Assembly: GCA_038821645.1 (NCBI GenBank)
Contig: JAWBDT010000003.1
Location: forward strand, 1 to 41,923
Source of the DNA: Ignisphaera sp.
Lineage (GTDB): Archaea; Thermoproteota; Thermoprotei_A; Sulfolobales; Ignisphaeraceae
Reading direction: 5' to 3'
DNA length: 41,923 nt
Part shown: piece by piece, positions 1 to 10,217 of the stretch
Numbering within the stretch: position 1 is the first letter of the stretch
Layout: every line of letters begins with the position of its first letter
Made by a program: the position numbers and the translations under genes
The notes under the pieces: model-generated
What the model saw: the letters and a program-made list of their open reading frames with translations, nothing else
Told to the model about the DNA's origin: nothing
Databases searched by the model: none

Positions 1-1227
1 CATATTCTTCTCAATAGCTACAGCAGCTACATCTATATAGTGAGCTACAGATATATCTTTACCTACTGCTTGTACACCTATGATAGTGTTGTTTCTGTCT
101 ACAATCATCTTCATCTTTATTTCTACACTTCCTGGGTAATAATGAGCCTTTGTTCTAACACTAATTGTTTTAGCTCTAAAGTCTATACCATTTTCTTTGG
201 CTTCTTTTTCTGTAACACCTGTTCTACCTATGTATAGGTCAAAGAATTTCGTTACAGCTGTCCCAACAATACCTCTGAAGACAAGGGTTCTTCCAAGTGC
301 AGCATTGGCTCCAGCTACCTGCCCTTCCTTATTTGCTGTAGGAGCTAGAGGTATCCACACCTTTTTCTTAAGAACTCTATGATATTTTTCAGCTACATCA
401 CCAGCCGCATATATGTCTTCAATAGAGGTCTCCATATACTCATTCACAGATATTGAACCTTTTACACCAAACCTAATGCCTACATCTTTAACTATCTCGA
501 TCTGAGGCCTTACACCTATAGCTAATACAACAGCATCAACATCATAACTACCATATTCTGTAACAACCTTTTCAATTCTATCACTACCAGATAACTCTAA
601 AACAGGTTCAGATAGATGTAGCTCTACACCACTAGAAATAAGTTCTTCTTCCACAACTTTAGCTAAATCACTATCTAGAGCATCTGCTAAAATTTGTTGT
701 TCTTTCTCAAACATGAGAACCTTCTTACCCAAGAATAGTGCAGCTTCAGCCATTTCTATACCTAGGTAGCTTCCACCAATAATCGCAATCTTTCTAGCAT
801 TCATAATCACGTTTTTTACATGGTCAGCATAAGCTGGATGTCTTACGGTTATAACGTTCTTAAGATCAGAACCAGGTATTGTTATAGGAGTTGCACCAGT
901 AGCTATAATAAGCTTATCCCATCTTATATTTTCAACATTGCCCTTTCTTTCGATACGCACACTTTTTTTATCGATATCTATACCTATAGCCTTTGTATTT
1001 ATGTAGACCTTGACCCCCCTCTTCTCTTCAAGATACTGCGGTGTATATGTAGTCAAACTAGATCTATTCTTCACAATACCTTCAACATAATAGGGAATAG
1101 CACAAGGTCCGTGTGTAACCATGTCTGTAGCTTCAATAAGGATTACATTTGCATTAGGGTTTAATCTTTTAGCTCTAACAGCAGCAGAAGCTCCTGCAGC
1201 TCCACCACCTATAACTACTATATTCAT
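1..1227 (-). CDS. CoA-disulfide reductase / NADH oxidase family flavoprotein (3' end runs off the window; absent from the ORF track)
   Basis: Manual translation from ATG 1227: MNIVVIGGGAAGASAAVRAKR (FAD-binding), THGPCAIPY (redox Cys), IATGA, IIGGSYLGIEMAEA (NAD(P)H-binding), IYAAGDV; frame appears open to position 1. Confidence 0.85.
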   Translation of the reverse strand, partial: MNIVVIGGGAAGASAAVRAKRLNPNANVILIEATDMVTHGPCAIPYYVEGIVKNRSSLTTYTPQYLEEKRGVKVYINTKAIGIDIDKKSVRIERKGNVENIRWDKLIIATGATPITIPGSDLKNVITVRHPAYADHVKNVIMNARKIAIIGGSYLGIEMAEAALFLGKKVLMFEKEQQILADALDSDLAKVVEEELISSGVELHLSEPVLELSGSDRIEKVVTEYGSYDVDAVVLAIGVRPQIEIVKDVGIRFGVKGSISVNEYMETSIEDIYAAGDVAEKYHRVLKKKVWIPLAPTANKEGQVAGANAALGRTLVFRGIVGTAVTKFFDLYIGRTGVTEKEAKENGIDFRAKTISVRTKAHYYPGSVEIKMKMIVDRNNTIIGVQAVGKDISVAHYIDVAAVAIEKNM

Positions 1228-1317
1228 TTTTTGTCGCCAAATATAGTTAAATCAATTCGCAAAATAAAAGATTTTATTTAATGAAATATAGATTTCCTTG
1301 GCTAATGGTTAGAGAAA

Positions 1318-2559
1318 TCATCTGAGTAGATTGGCTTTAACTAGAAGTTTCTCTAAGTTGTTTCTAATAGCATGTATAAAAGATTCAGTATCAACGATAG
1401 AGATATTACTACATTCAATTACTTTAGCTAGATCTTGTGTCACTATACAGTCCTCTATAGTTTTGATTGTCGCATTCATGAGTATTTCGGCAAATTTCTC
1501 TAGATCTTCTAGTTTGTCTAGTTCTGCTCTTCTCTTTAAAGCTTTAGCCCATGCAAATATTATTGCCGTTGGATTTGTAGAGGTTTTTTCTCCTTTGAGA
1601 TACTTGTAATAATGTTTTTGAACAGTTCCATGAGCAGCCTCAGTAAGATAGTGTCCTTCTGGTGACATAAGTTCGGAGGTCATCATGGCAAGACTTCCTG
1701 AAAATGCTGAAGCAATCATATCTGATAAAACATCACCATCATAGTTCTTCGTGGCCCAAATAAATCCTCCTTCAGATCTTATAGCTCTAGCATAAGCATC
1801 ATCTATCAAATAGTAATAATAGTTTAGCTGTTTCTCACTAAACAAATTCTTGAATTCTTCTTCAAAAACTTTTGCAAATATCTCCTTGAATCTAGTATCA
1901 TAGATCTTGGAGATGGTGTCTTTAGATGCAAACCATACATCCATGGAGACCATGAGGGCATACCTAAAGACTGAGCGAGCAAAATTCTCTATTGATTTAT
2001 CTAGATTATAGTAAGCTTGAATAACTCCACCTCCGGGAAAGCTACCGATGTTAACTCTGATCTCCTTACCCTGTAATGACCTGTAGATTATTTCAGCTTC
2101 TCCAGGTTCGTTAAACCTTATACCTGTTCCTGCATATATATCTCCAAAAGCATGTCTAGCAATAACTATAGGTTTTTTCCAGAATCTAACAGCAGGAACA
2201 ATATTTTTGACTATTATTGGAGCTCTAAATATGGTTCCATCAAGAATTTCTCTAATAGTTGCATTAGGGCTTCGCCACTCCTTCTTTAGGTTATACTCCT
2301 TAACTCTTTCAGCATTAGGGGTTATTGTGGCACACTTAACACCTACACTCAATCGTTTAACGGCTTCAGCAGCTCTAATAGTTATATGATCGTTTGTTTC
2401 ATCTCTAACCTTTATATGAAGGTCATAATATTCAACCTTAAGATCGATGTAAGGCTCTAAAAGCTTCTCTTTAACCCAGTACCACATAACTCTTGCCATT
2501 TCGTCTCCATCAATCTCGACTACAGGCTTATCCATAGCTATACGCTTCAAAATACCCAC
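1318..2559 (-). CDS. icd: Isocitrate dehydrogenase, type II (eukaryote/Thermotoga-like), probably NADP-dependent
   Basis: VEIDGDEMAR, VKCATITP, WRSPNATIR, KNYDGDV.SD, EAAHGTVQKHY, STNPTA motifs. Confidence 0.92.
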   Translation of the reverse strand: MGILKRIAMDKPVVEIDGDEMARVMWYWVKEKLLEPYIDLKVEYYDLHIKVRDETNDHITIRAAEAVKRLSVGVKCATITPNAERVKEYNLKKEWRSPNATIREILDGTIFRAPIIVKNIVPAVRFWKKPIVIARHAFGDIYAGTGIRFNEPGEAEIIYRSLQGKEIRVNIGSFPGGGVIQAYYNLDKSIENFARSVFRYALMVSMDVWFASKDTISKIYDTRFKEIFAKVFEEEFKNLFSEKQLNYYYYLIDDAYARAIRSEGGFIWATKNYDGDVLSDMIASAFSGSLAMMTSELMSPEGHYLTEAAHGTVQKHYYKYLKGEKTSTNPTAIIFAWAKALKRRAELDKLEDLEKFAEILMNATIKTIEDCIVTQDLAKVIECSNISIVDTESFIHAIRNNLEKLLVKANLLR

Positions 2560-2657
2560 CTACGCCACTCATAATCAATCTTTCCCTAAGATTTAAAATT
2601 TGTCAATAAGCATTATAGGACATCATAACCGGAGAGAACTTCTAGTTCACCACAGTA

Positions 2658-2663
2658 TTTAAG
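2658..2663 (+). promoter_or_regulatory. TATA-like box upstream of the box C/D sRNA / radical SAM gene
   Basis: TTTAAG ending about 26 nt before box C at 2690. Confidence 0.5.
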
Positions 2664-2689
2664 TTCTGCTACCTTATAGATTGTTCTGG

Positions 2690-2739
2690 ATGATGAGTGG
2701 GACCCTCGAAGACCTGATGAAGAAAGTCAGAGATGCTGA
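2690..2739 (+). ncRNA. Box C/D 2'-O-methylation guide sRNA
   Basis: ATGATGA(C)-gtgggaccctcg(12 nt)-AAGA(D', degenerate)-cctg-ATGAAGA(C')-aagtcagagatg(12 nt)-CTGA(D). Confidence 0.75.
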
Positions 2740-2770
2740 TACATTAAATATAGTAAGCATAGGTAACAGA

Positions 2771-3822
2771 ATGAGAATTGCTAAGTTCTGGAGAAATATA
2801 GATAATAATGTAGCTGAATGTTATACTTGTGAGCGTAGATGTAGAATAGATTATGGTAGGAAAGGTATATGTGGTAATTACGTAAATGTTAATGGAAAAC
2901 TATATAACATAGGCTATGGAAAAATTAGTGCCCTAGAAAGTAGACCTATCGAAATCAAACCACTGTTTCATTACTGGCCAAATAGCACATCTCTAACATT
3001 CTCTTTTTGGGGTTGTAACTTCTACTGTCCATGGTGTCAGAATCATCATATAAGTTTCAGACATCCAAAAGAAGATGACGAGTATCTACCTCCTCACTCT
3101 ATAATAGCTTTAGCCATTGAGAATAGTGATGAAGGACTTTGCGCAAGTTTTAACGAACCTACAGTTTCTATTGAATATGTTCTTGATTTAGCAGAATTAG
3201 CGAGAGATTATGGATTATACTTCTCTATAGTTACAAATGGTTATCAGACGATTAGGGTAATTGAAGAAGCATTGAAGGTTGGTATAGATGGTTGGAGCAT
3301 AGATATAAAGGGCTGTCCCAAGATGAAAAAGCCTTAGTGAATATAGATCATTGGATTATCTATAGAAACGCTAAATATATAATAGATAGAGGTGGTCACG
3401 TAGAAATAGTGTATTTAGTAGTTACGAATACTAATGATTTAGACGAATGTATTGAATGGATTATAGATACACATCTATCTACGGTAGGACCAAAAACACC
3501 TCTGCATATCAATAGATACTATCCAGCTTATAAATGGTATGAACCTCCAACAAGTTTAGACAAATTGATTTCAATAGCCTTGAGAGCAAAAAGAGAAGGA
3601 ATAGAATTTGTATACTTAGGGAATACAGAGAATACAGAGGATCCTATGTTTGAAACAACCTATTGTCCTAAATGTGGTAAGAAGCTAGTGTATAGGTGGA
3701 TGTATAGAGTGAAGGAGTTCAACATGTATAGAGATGGTAACGTGTATAGATGTCCTAGATGCAATTACGAAATACCTATCAAGGGAAAATACATTTCGTG
3801 GAAAAAATCATTAATATTATAG
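2771..3822 (+). pseudogene. AmmeMemoRadiSam/PflA-like radical SAM enzyme split by a 1-nt frameshift at about 3326-3330 (or a sequencing error)
   Basis: CxxCxxxC N-terminal motif, PIEIKPLFHY, GCNFYCPWCQN, NEP, TNGY and IDIKG in ORF 2681-3337; PLHINRYYP, VYLGN, TYCPKCG and CPRC in ORF 3292-3822; likely start ATG 2771 after AGGT. Confidence 0.85.
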
Positions 3823-3965
3823 AAACATAGAAACCTAGATGAAGTAGTACCTTCACACTACCAATATCTATATATTTCTACTTCTGGTCGCATTAGCAAT
3901 ACTAATACTTAAATTGGTTACTAATACTATACTATATAGGTTAGCTGTAGTCTGTATGGTGTAAC

Positions 3966-5192
3966 TTGTTGCCTGTAGCAGTAGAGCCTAGATTAGCTAA
4001 GCTTTTCGTAGTTGAGGACAAGATTGAAGCAGTTCCTTTTATAATTCAGATAAAGGGTATAGGATCTTCTAGAGATACACAAAACATCTATACTGTAGCT
4101 ATAGATGCTAGCTGGTCTATGGATGGAGCAAAGATATTCAGGGCTAAGGAAGCAACTATAGAGATGCTGAAGAATATGTCTCCAGATGATCTAGTCAATA
4201 TATATAGCTTTAATGATAAAGTTGAAAGAGTTATCTATATGTCTAAAGCATCTAGCTATGAAGCTATAGCTGATGCTGTAGCTAGTATAAAGCTAGGTGG
4301 TGGAACCAATATCTATGGTCTTCTCAAACAGATATACAGAGACTATATAGAGATTAAGAACAGTAGCAATAAGAAGATGGATAGCTTCAAACTGGTTATG
4401 GTTACAGATGGTGTGCCTACAACAGGTGTGAAAGATGAGGCAAAGATAGTTGAGATAGCTAAAAAGCTAGGTGAACATACATCTATATCTCTGATTATTG
4501 GTGTAGGTAGTGATTACAACGAGAAGCTATTAATGGATATAGCGACAAACACTAGAGGTATCTTTGAGCATTTGAGTAATCCATCCAAGATATACTCTAT
4601 ATTCAACAAGATAGTGTCTAGATATAGAGAGTTGTGTGCAAAAAATGTAAAACTCTTCATAAAGACTCTCCCTGGATCCTCTATCTATATATACAATAGA
4701 CCTGCCTATGCTGGTAAAGGAGGTATAGAGATAGATGTAGGCGACATATACAGCAACGATACAATTGATGTAGTTGGTGAAGTTGTGCTTCCTCCACAAA
4801 AGAGAGGATTGATTCATATAGCAACAATATCAGCTAGCTACATAGATACAGAGAATATATCTAGAGAAATCCCACCTATACCTCTATCTCTACCATGTCT
4901 CTCGAATCCACCGCTAGAGCATCTAGATATAGATGAGAGATTATTCAAAGAGTTCAGCATGATTAAAACAGCTACTCTATTAGCTAGAGATCTCTATGGA
5001 AAACCATCTGCAGAAGATATCAAGAAGATTGTTGATGAACTCGTTAATGCTACACTCACTATAGATCGTAGAGATCTTTACTCAAGAACAATAGATATAA
5101 GATCTCAGCTAGAACAAGAAGGGCTTTCACCAGAAGTAGTTAAAAAACTTGTTTCACTTATATCTAAGATAATAAGTGGAAGACTTGAATAA
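3966..5192 (+). CDS. von Willebrand factor A domain protein (ArnB-like)
   Basis: MIDAS DASWS, GGTN, VTDG, IGVGSDYNEKLL; helical C-terminus. Confidence 0.88.
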   Translation: MLPVAVEPRLAKLFVVEDKIEAVPFIIQIKGIGSSRDTQNIYTVAIDASWSMDGAKIFRAKEATIEMLKNMSPDDLVNIYSFNDKVERVIYMSKASSYEAIADAVASIKLGGGTNIYGLLKQIYRDYIEIKNSSNKKMDSFKLVMVTDGVPTTGVKDEAKIVEIAKKLGEHTSISLIIGVGSDYNEKLLMDIATNTRGIFEHLSNPSKIYSIFNKIVSRYRELCAKNVKLFIKTLPGSSIYIYNRPAYAGKGGIEIDVGDIYSNDTIDVVGEVVLPPQKRGLIHIATISASYIDTENISREIPPIPLSLPCLSNPPLEHLDIDERLFKEFSMIKTATLLARDLYGKPSAEDIKKIVDELVNATLTIDRRDLYSRTIDIRSQLEQEGLSPEVVKKLVSLISKIISGRLE

Positions 5193-5204
5193 GGGGATGC
5201 ATTA

Positions 5205-5531
5205 ATGAGTATAGATAAAAACATTTTAATAGTGTTTCTAAAAAGTATTTCATCTGCATCTCACCAGATTGTGAAGCTTAAACCCGATAGCTATATGATT
5301 GGTAGAGATCCTGATTGTGATATAGTTGTTGCAGATCCTTTTGTATCTAGAAAACATGCAAAAATATTCTATAGAGATGGTAAATGGTTTATAGAGGATG
5401 TTGGTAGCAAAAACGGTACATATGTAGATGGCGAAGATATAAGGGGTAGAGGGGCAATAGAACTTAAAGAAGATATGGAGATAATCATGGGTTTCTCAGT
5501 ACTAATCATCAAGGGATTCGAGGAGAGCTAA
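5205..5531 (+). CDS. FHA domain protein (ArnA-like, FHA domain only)
   Basis: IGR, VSRKHA, DVGSKNGTYV pThr-binding motifs. Confidence 0.92.
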   Translation: MSIDKNILIVFLKSISSASHQIVKLKPDSYMIGRDPDCDIVVADPFVSRKHAKIFYRDGKWFIEDVGSKNGTYVDGEDIRGRGAIELKEDMEIIMGFSVLIIKGFEES

Positions 5532-5618
5532 CTTTATTATCTCTTCAATAATTACAGAAACTTAGGCTCGTCCTCTCAGGCTACAATGTAATGGTGTATC
5601 TTATATTTAGGTGTTCAT

Positions 5619-7169
5619 ATGTTTTTACGTGTATGTAGAGACATTGATAAGGTTAGTGAACGTATATTTGATCCTGTGATATTTTATTCGATAATGTTGA
5701 TTAAAGGTGGAAAATTTCTTCGAAGAGTTTCTGATGAAGCAAAAAATCTAGCTAAACTTGTTCTAGAGATAATTAGGGAATCGCCAGATACTAGCTTAAT
5801 GTATTTTAGGTTTGATTTAAGTGATAAGATCTATAGGGTTATTGCTTTAAAGGACATAGCCTTAGCCATTGCACAAGAAGATTCCTCTGGACAAGTCCAG
5901 CTATATGGCATAGAAGCACTTCAATCACTATCAAAGATTTTTAATAGTAGTATAAATGTCAAAATGATTGTTGAAGAACTACCTCTATCTCAACTAGACA
6001 GCAATATTGTAGAATCGCTTAAGCCTTGTATCGAAGAAGCCGAAAAAATATATATATCGTTATGGAAAAGAAGAGGATTGTATTGGTTCATTATTGAAGA
6101 TGTAGTGAGTGATAAAGGTAGTTATACATATGTGTTTAAAGCATGTGATAAACAAGGTAACACATATGCCTTAAAGGTATTGAAAGAGGATATAGTTGTA
6201 GGCAGAAGGTTCATGGATGTAATTAGAGGGTATATCCAAGGACTAGTTGTAGCTACAGTAGATGATAGAGAATTTATTGACTTATTGGAATTAAAAGGAT
6301 ATGACAAAGCAATCATGAAAGATCTCATTCTATATAAAAAATACATTACATTAGCAAAGGCTTTATTTATTGTAAAAGATAAACTAGATAAGGATGAATA
6401 TATAAACCATCCACCAACAATAGTTGAAGAATATGCATCATTAGGAGATCTAGAACGCTACATACAGCTTAATGGTGCTCGAAGTCTCGAAGAAACAATG
6501 TATATCCTTATAAGGATTGTTGGCGCAGTAGCCTTAGCACATCTATTCAATATAGTCCACCTAGATATTAAACCTAGAAACATCCTCATCTATAGTAATG
6601 AAAATGAAAACTACAAATATACACCTAAGTTAAATGATTTTAGTGGAGCTGTTGGAGATCCAAATAGAGGATACAAATTTGTAAGAATAACACCTGGCTA
6701 TTCAGATCCATTAGCACTTGCAAAAGGTGTAGCTGACTTCGGTTATGATGCATATAGTATAGCTATGGTAGTAGCCTATATACTAACAGGACAGTTACCA
6801 AAACATCGCTTAGCACTCAACATAATTATGTTACAGAATCTGTACAACTATCCTATTCCTATGGAGAAAATAGGAGATGATGAAAAACCATTAAAAGAGT
6901 TCATAAAAAAGATAATCGATACCTCTCTTCAGTTACGTAGCAAATCAATCTCTATTCATAATTTCGTAGAATCAATAAATGAAGATTTAGAACATCTAGA
7001 TACAATATACATGCCATGGATAAACGATATACCTAAATCTATAGCTAGTGTAATAAAGAAGGCATTAACTTTAGACACAAATACTAGGTATAAGAATGGT
7101 ATAGATATGTGGCTTGAAACAAAAGAAGCTCTAGTAAAAGAGAAAATGGATAATCTCATCCCTAGATAA
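5619..7169 (+). CDS. Hanks-type Ser/Thr protein kinase with an N-terminal extension of about 150 aa
   Basis: YALKVLK, IVEEYASLGDL, HLDIKPRNIL, NDFSG, TPGYSDP, DAYS. Confidence 0.88.
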   Translation: MFLRVCRDIDKVSERIFDPVIFYSIMLIKGGKFLRRVSDEAKNLAKLVLEIIRESPDTSLMYFRFDLSDKIYRVIALKDIALAIAQEDSSGQVQLYGIEALQSLSKIFNSSINVKMIVEELPLSQLDSNIVESLKPCIEEAEKIYISLWKRRGLYWFIIEDVVSDKGSYTYVFKACDKQGNTYALKVLKEDIVVGRRFMDVIRGYIQGLVVATVDDREFIDLLELKGYDKAIMKDLILYKKYITLAKALFIVKDKLDKDEYINHPPTIVEEYASLGDLERYIQLNGARSLEETMYILIRIVGAVALAHLFNIVHLDIKPRNILIYSNENENYKYTPKLNDFSGAVGDPNRGYKFVRITPGYSDPLALAKGVADFGYDAYSIAMVVAYILTGQLPKHRLALNIIMLQNLYNYPIPMEKIGDDEKPLKEFIKKIIDTSLQLRSKSISIHNFVESINEDLEHLDTIYMPWINDIPKSIASVIKKALTLDTNTRYKNGIDMWLETKEALVKEKMDNLIPR

Positions 7170-7370
7170 TTGTTGTCATTTTAATAAACTAATGTATATC
7201 TAAGACTACTCTCTACATAATGCATTATATTTATCATTTCTCGTGGCTTCTACATACAGTTTGTACCTAATAGATAATATTAACCCTGTTTATTAACTTA
7301 TTAAAAGTGCTCAGAAAGATATTTACTATGACTTATACCAAGAATATTCATTAAATGAGGTTACAGAAGC

Positions 7371-7859
7371 ATGGATGTCTACATATCACATATAAATGTG
7401 AATAATCTAAATGGATTTCTTGAATATTTGAAACATAAAGGGATAAATCCTGAAGAGTACTTCCATACAGTTTTAGCAGATTCATCGGAATTCGAAATAA
7501 TTGTAGGTAGTAAAGGAGAAAGCAGAATAGTCTATATGTTTGTACACTATATAGATACACATTATGCTGTTCTCTCAGACATAGGCGAAAACTCATCTGA
7601 TAGAGAGATTCTACAAGCACTTCTATCCGTTAGTAAAAAGGACTTATGGAGAATATTGGTGGAACCAATGATATATGTAACAAATGATTATAGTTTCATA
7701 AGGCTTATCAACAGTTATGTAGATAGCACTCTAGATGCTGGGATGAAATATCTAGAAAGGTATCTTAATTCTAGTGATAGCATTAAGAAGGTAATAGATA
7801 TCGATTCTGTTCTAGATATAGCATATAGAATTAAGAAAATAAATGGTGAGAATATTTAA
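7371..7859 (+). CDS. Hypothetical protein, translationally coupled to mobB
   Basis: 162 aa ORF, GAGGT upstream, TAATG stop/start overlap with the next gene. Confidence 0.7.
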   Translation: MDVYISHINVNNLNGFLEYLKHKGINPEEYFHTVLADSSEFEIIVGSKGESRIVYMFVHYIDTHYAVLSDIGENSSDREILQALLSVSKKDLWRILVEPMIYVTNDYSFIRLINSYVDSTLDAGMKYLERYLNSSDSIKKVIDIDSVLDIAYRIKKINGENI

Positions 7860-8614
7860 TGAAACCCTACATAGTTAGATTTATATCGTTACATTCTGGT
7901 GTCGGTAAAACATTTATAGCGAGTCAAGTAGTCGCTAGGCTAAAGAATAAAGGTTATAGTGTAGGTGTTATTAAGCACTGTATTCACGATTTAGAGATAG
8001 AGGATAAAGATACACACAAGTATCTATATAGTGGTGCTGATACAGTAGTAGCTTCTTCAGCTAGTCTAGGGATAATATATCAAAGAATATGGGTGGATTC
8101 ACTTACTGATAACATTAGATACATCGGGACACCAATAACTATAGTTGAGGGATTCAAAAATATAGATATAGGCGATGTTGTAGTTGTTGTAGAGAATGAA
8201 GAGGACATTCATGAGGTTCTCGACATGAAAAACATGATAGCGTATATTGTTAAGGAATTCAAAGATAATAAGAAAGAATACAGAGGTACACCAATACTTA
8301 CTTTTAATGATATTGATGAGCTAACAAATATCATAGAAAGCAGAGCTATCGATCATATATATCAACAACTACCGAAAACAGATTGTGGTGCTTGTGGATA
8401 CGATAATTGTTGGCTATTTGCTAAAGCATATATCAAAGGAAAAACACAATGGTGTCCTAGAGATTCAGAAGTTTCTCTAATAGTAGATGGTGTAAAAATT
8501 TCACTCAATCCTTATGTTAAAAAAGTCCTTAAATCAATAGTTTTAGCGTTTATAGATACACTCAAGGATGTACCCAAGGATAAGAAGAAGATATCTATAG
8601 AGATCAATATATGA
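7859..8614 (+). CDS. mobB: Molybdopterin-guanine dinucleotide biosynthesis protein B with a C-terminal Fe-S domain
   Basis: SGVGKT, VGVIKH, KDT, VEGFK, DCGACGYDNC...CP, LNPYV. Confidence 0.88.
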   Translation: MKPYIVRFISLHSGVGKTFIASQVVARLKNKGYSVGVIKHCIHDLEIEDKDTHKYLYSGADTVVASSASLGIIYQRIWVDSLTDNIRYIGTPITIVEGFKNIDIGDVVVVVENEEDIHEVLDMKNMIAYIVKEFKDNKKEYRGTPILTFNDIDELTNIIESRAIDHIYQQLPKTDCGACGYDNCWLFAKAYIKGKTQWCPRDSEVSLIVDGVKISLNPYVKKVLKSIVLAFIDTLKDVPKDKKKISIEINI

Positions 8615-9008
8615 TACCTGAATTGGCAACAATACGTAAGATATTTGATGAATTATCGTTAAATTTAATTTGCTACAAGCATAAGTTTAGCGATGCGCGT
8701 TCAACACCTAGAGCATGTTACGTCTGTAGAACTTGATATGATAGAACTGTAGCTTCATGGCTAGTGCTACAGAAACTGCTAAGTTATATCAATAATTTAA
8801 TTTTTGGATCGAAATACGTAACAGTAATAATGTTTAACATACATCTATATTGTTTGCATCTTCTCTATATGCAACTCTTGTTATCAGTTTTGATATACTT
8901 GTTTAATAGCATATTAATCCAGGCTACATAAAGGTCTCAGTATCATCTAGACTTAATACGGCAGAAATATGGATTAAGACATGAAGATAATATGCTAGGT
9001 ACTTTAAT

Positions 9009-9962
9009 ATGGTTAAATTGGGTATCGTAGGACTTGGGGTTATGGGTACTCGTTTCTACAATTTATTGAGAAAGATGAATGTTGAAGTTGTTGCTGTATG
9101 TGATATAGATGAAACCAAGCTGAAGGCATTCAAGAGTGAGGGGATAAAGGTTTATAGGGATTACAGAGCTATGGCTGAAGAAGGGGGTTTTGATGGAGTT
9201 ATTATAGCTGTTCCTCCATTATATCATGCAGAACATGCTATAGAATTTCTTAGCAAAGGGTATTATGTTTTTCTAGAAAAACCTATGGCTAATGATATTG
9301 AGGGAGCTAAGAGAATTCTTGATATAGCTAAAGGTAAGAATAGACTTTTTGTTGGTTACTGTCTTAAGTTCAATAAACTGTATCAAAAAGTGAAGAATGT
9401 GATAGATAATGTGTTAGGTGAACCAAAATTCATGTGGCATATAGCTTTAGGACGCTTTCCACAGAGATCGTGGATATACTCTAAATCTATCAGCGGTGGT
9501 GTATTAATTGAGCATGGATCTCATGTAGTTCATGTCTTTTATTGGTATGGTGGATCTGTTAAGAAGGTCTATGCTAATATGACTTACAATAGCAATGATG
9601 TTGAGAAAGCATTTACAATTATTCTAGAGCATTTCTCGGGAACACTATCAACATTTACACTAAGTTGGTTTGGAGGACATAATTGGAGAAAATGGGGTAT
9701 CGATGGTGAGAAAGGCAGAATTGTTGTAGAAGGATATCTCGAAGGTGAATTCTCAGTATCTTCTCCTGACGGTACAATGATTATGAGAGAAGTGGTATCA
9801 ATGGATCCCATACATATGTATGAAGAGGAATTAAAGCACTTTATAGATACTATTGAAAGAGGAGACAGATTTCTAGTAGATGAAGAAGAAGCATTTGTTG
9901 TTCAGAAAATAATTGATGCTGCATATAGATCATCACAAGAAGGGAAAGCGATATATCTTTGA
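9009..9962 (+). CDS. Gfo/Idh/MocA family oxidoreductase
   Basis: GIVGLGVMG, LEKPMA, GGVLIEHGSH. Confidence 0.9.
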   Translation: MVKLGIVGLGVMGTRFYNLLRKMNVEVVAVCDIDETKLKAFKSEGIKVYRDYRAMAEEGGFDGVIIAVPPLYHAEHAIEFLSKGYYVFLEKPMANDIEGAKRILDIAKGKNRLFVGYCLKFNKLYQKVKNVIDNVLGEPKFMWHIALGRFPQRSWIYSKSISGGVLIEHGSHVVHVFYWYGGSVKKVYANMTYNSNDVEKAFTIILEHFSGTLSTFTLSWFGGHNWRKWGIDGEKGRIVVEGYLEGEFSVSSPDGTMIMREVVSMDPIHMYEEELKHFIDTIERGDRFLVDEEEAFVVQKIIDAAYRSSQEGKAIYL

Positions 9963-10217
9963 CGAGGTTTCTGGTTTACTGTCTAGAAAATCTCTACCTT
10001 GATAATATGGAGAAACAATGACCAGTATCATATACATACAGAGTTCCTCATATAATGGACCTAAAGACTATGTCAATTAATGCCTATACTATAATGCTAT
10101 GGAGTTCCAGTTGTAGTTAACTATTATTCGTTATTGACATATCAATATGAGTTCTCAAGTATAGCTACAGAATTAGAGTTATTGAAAACAGTAATTGTTA
10201 TCGAGTTACTGAATAAG

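Noticed and set aside
40-1164. Short plus-strand ORFs 40-237, 197-382 and 820-1164
   Set aside because: Antisense shadows of the minus-strand CoA-disulfide reductase-like gene
3900-3928. Direct repeat TACTAATACT x2 upstream of the vWA gene
   Set aside because: Low-complexity AT-rich 10-mer; it could be an operator but cannot be told from chance
8747-8772. CTGTAGC-N12-GCTACAG inverted repeat
   Set aside because: A single 7-bp stem built from motifs common in this genome
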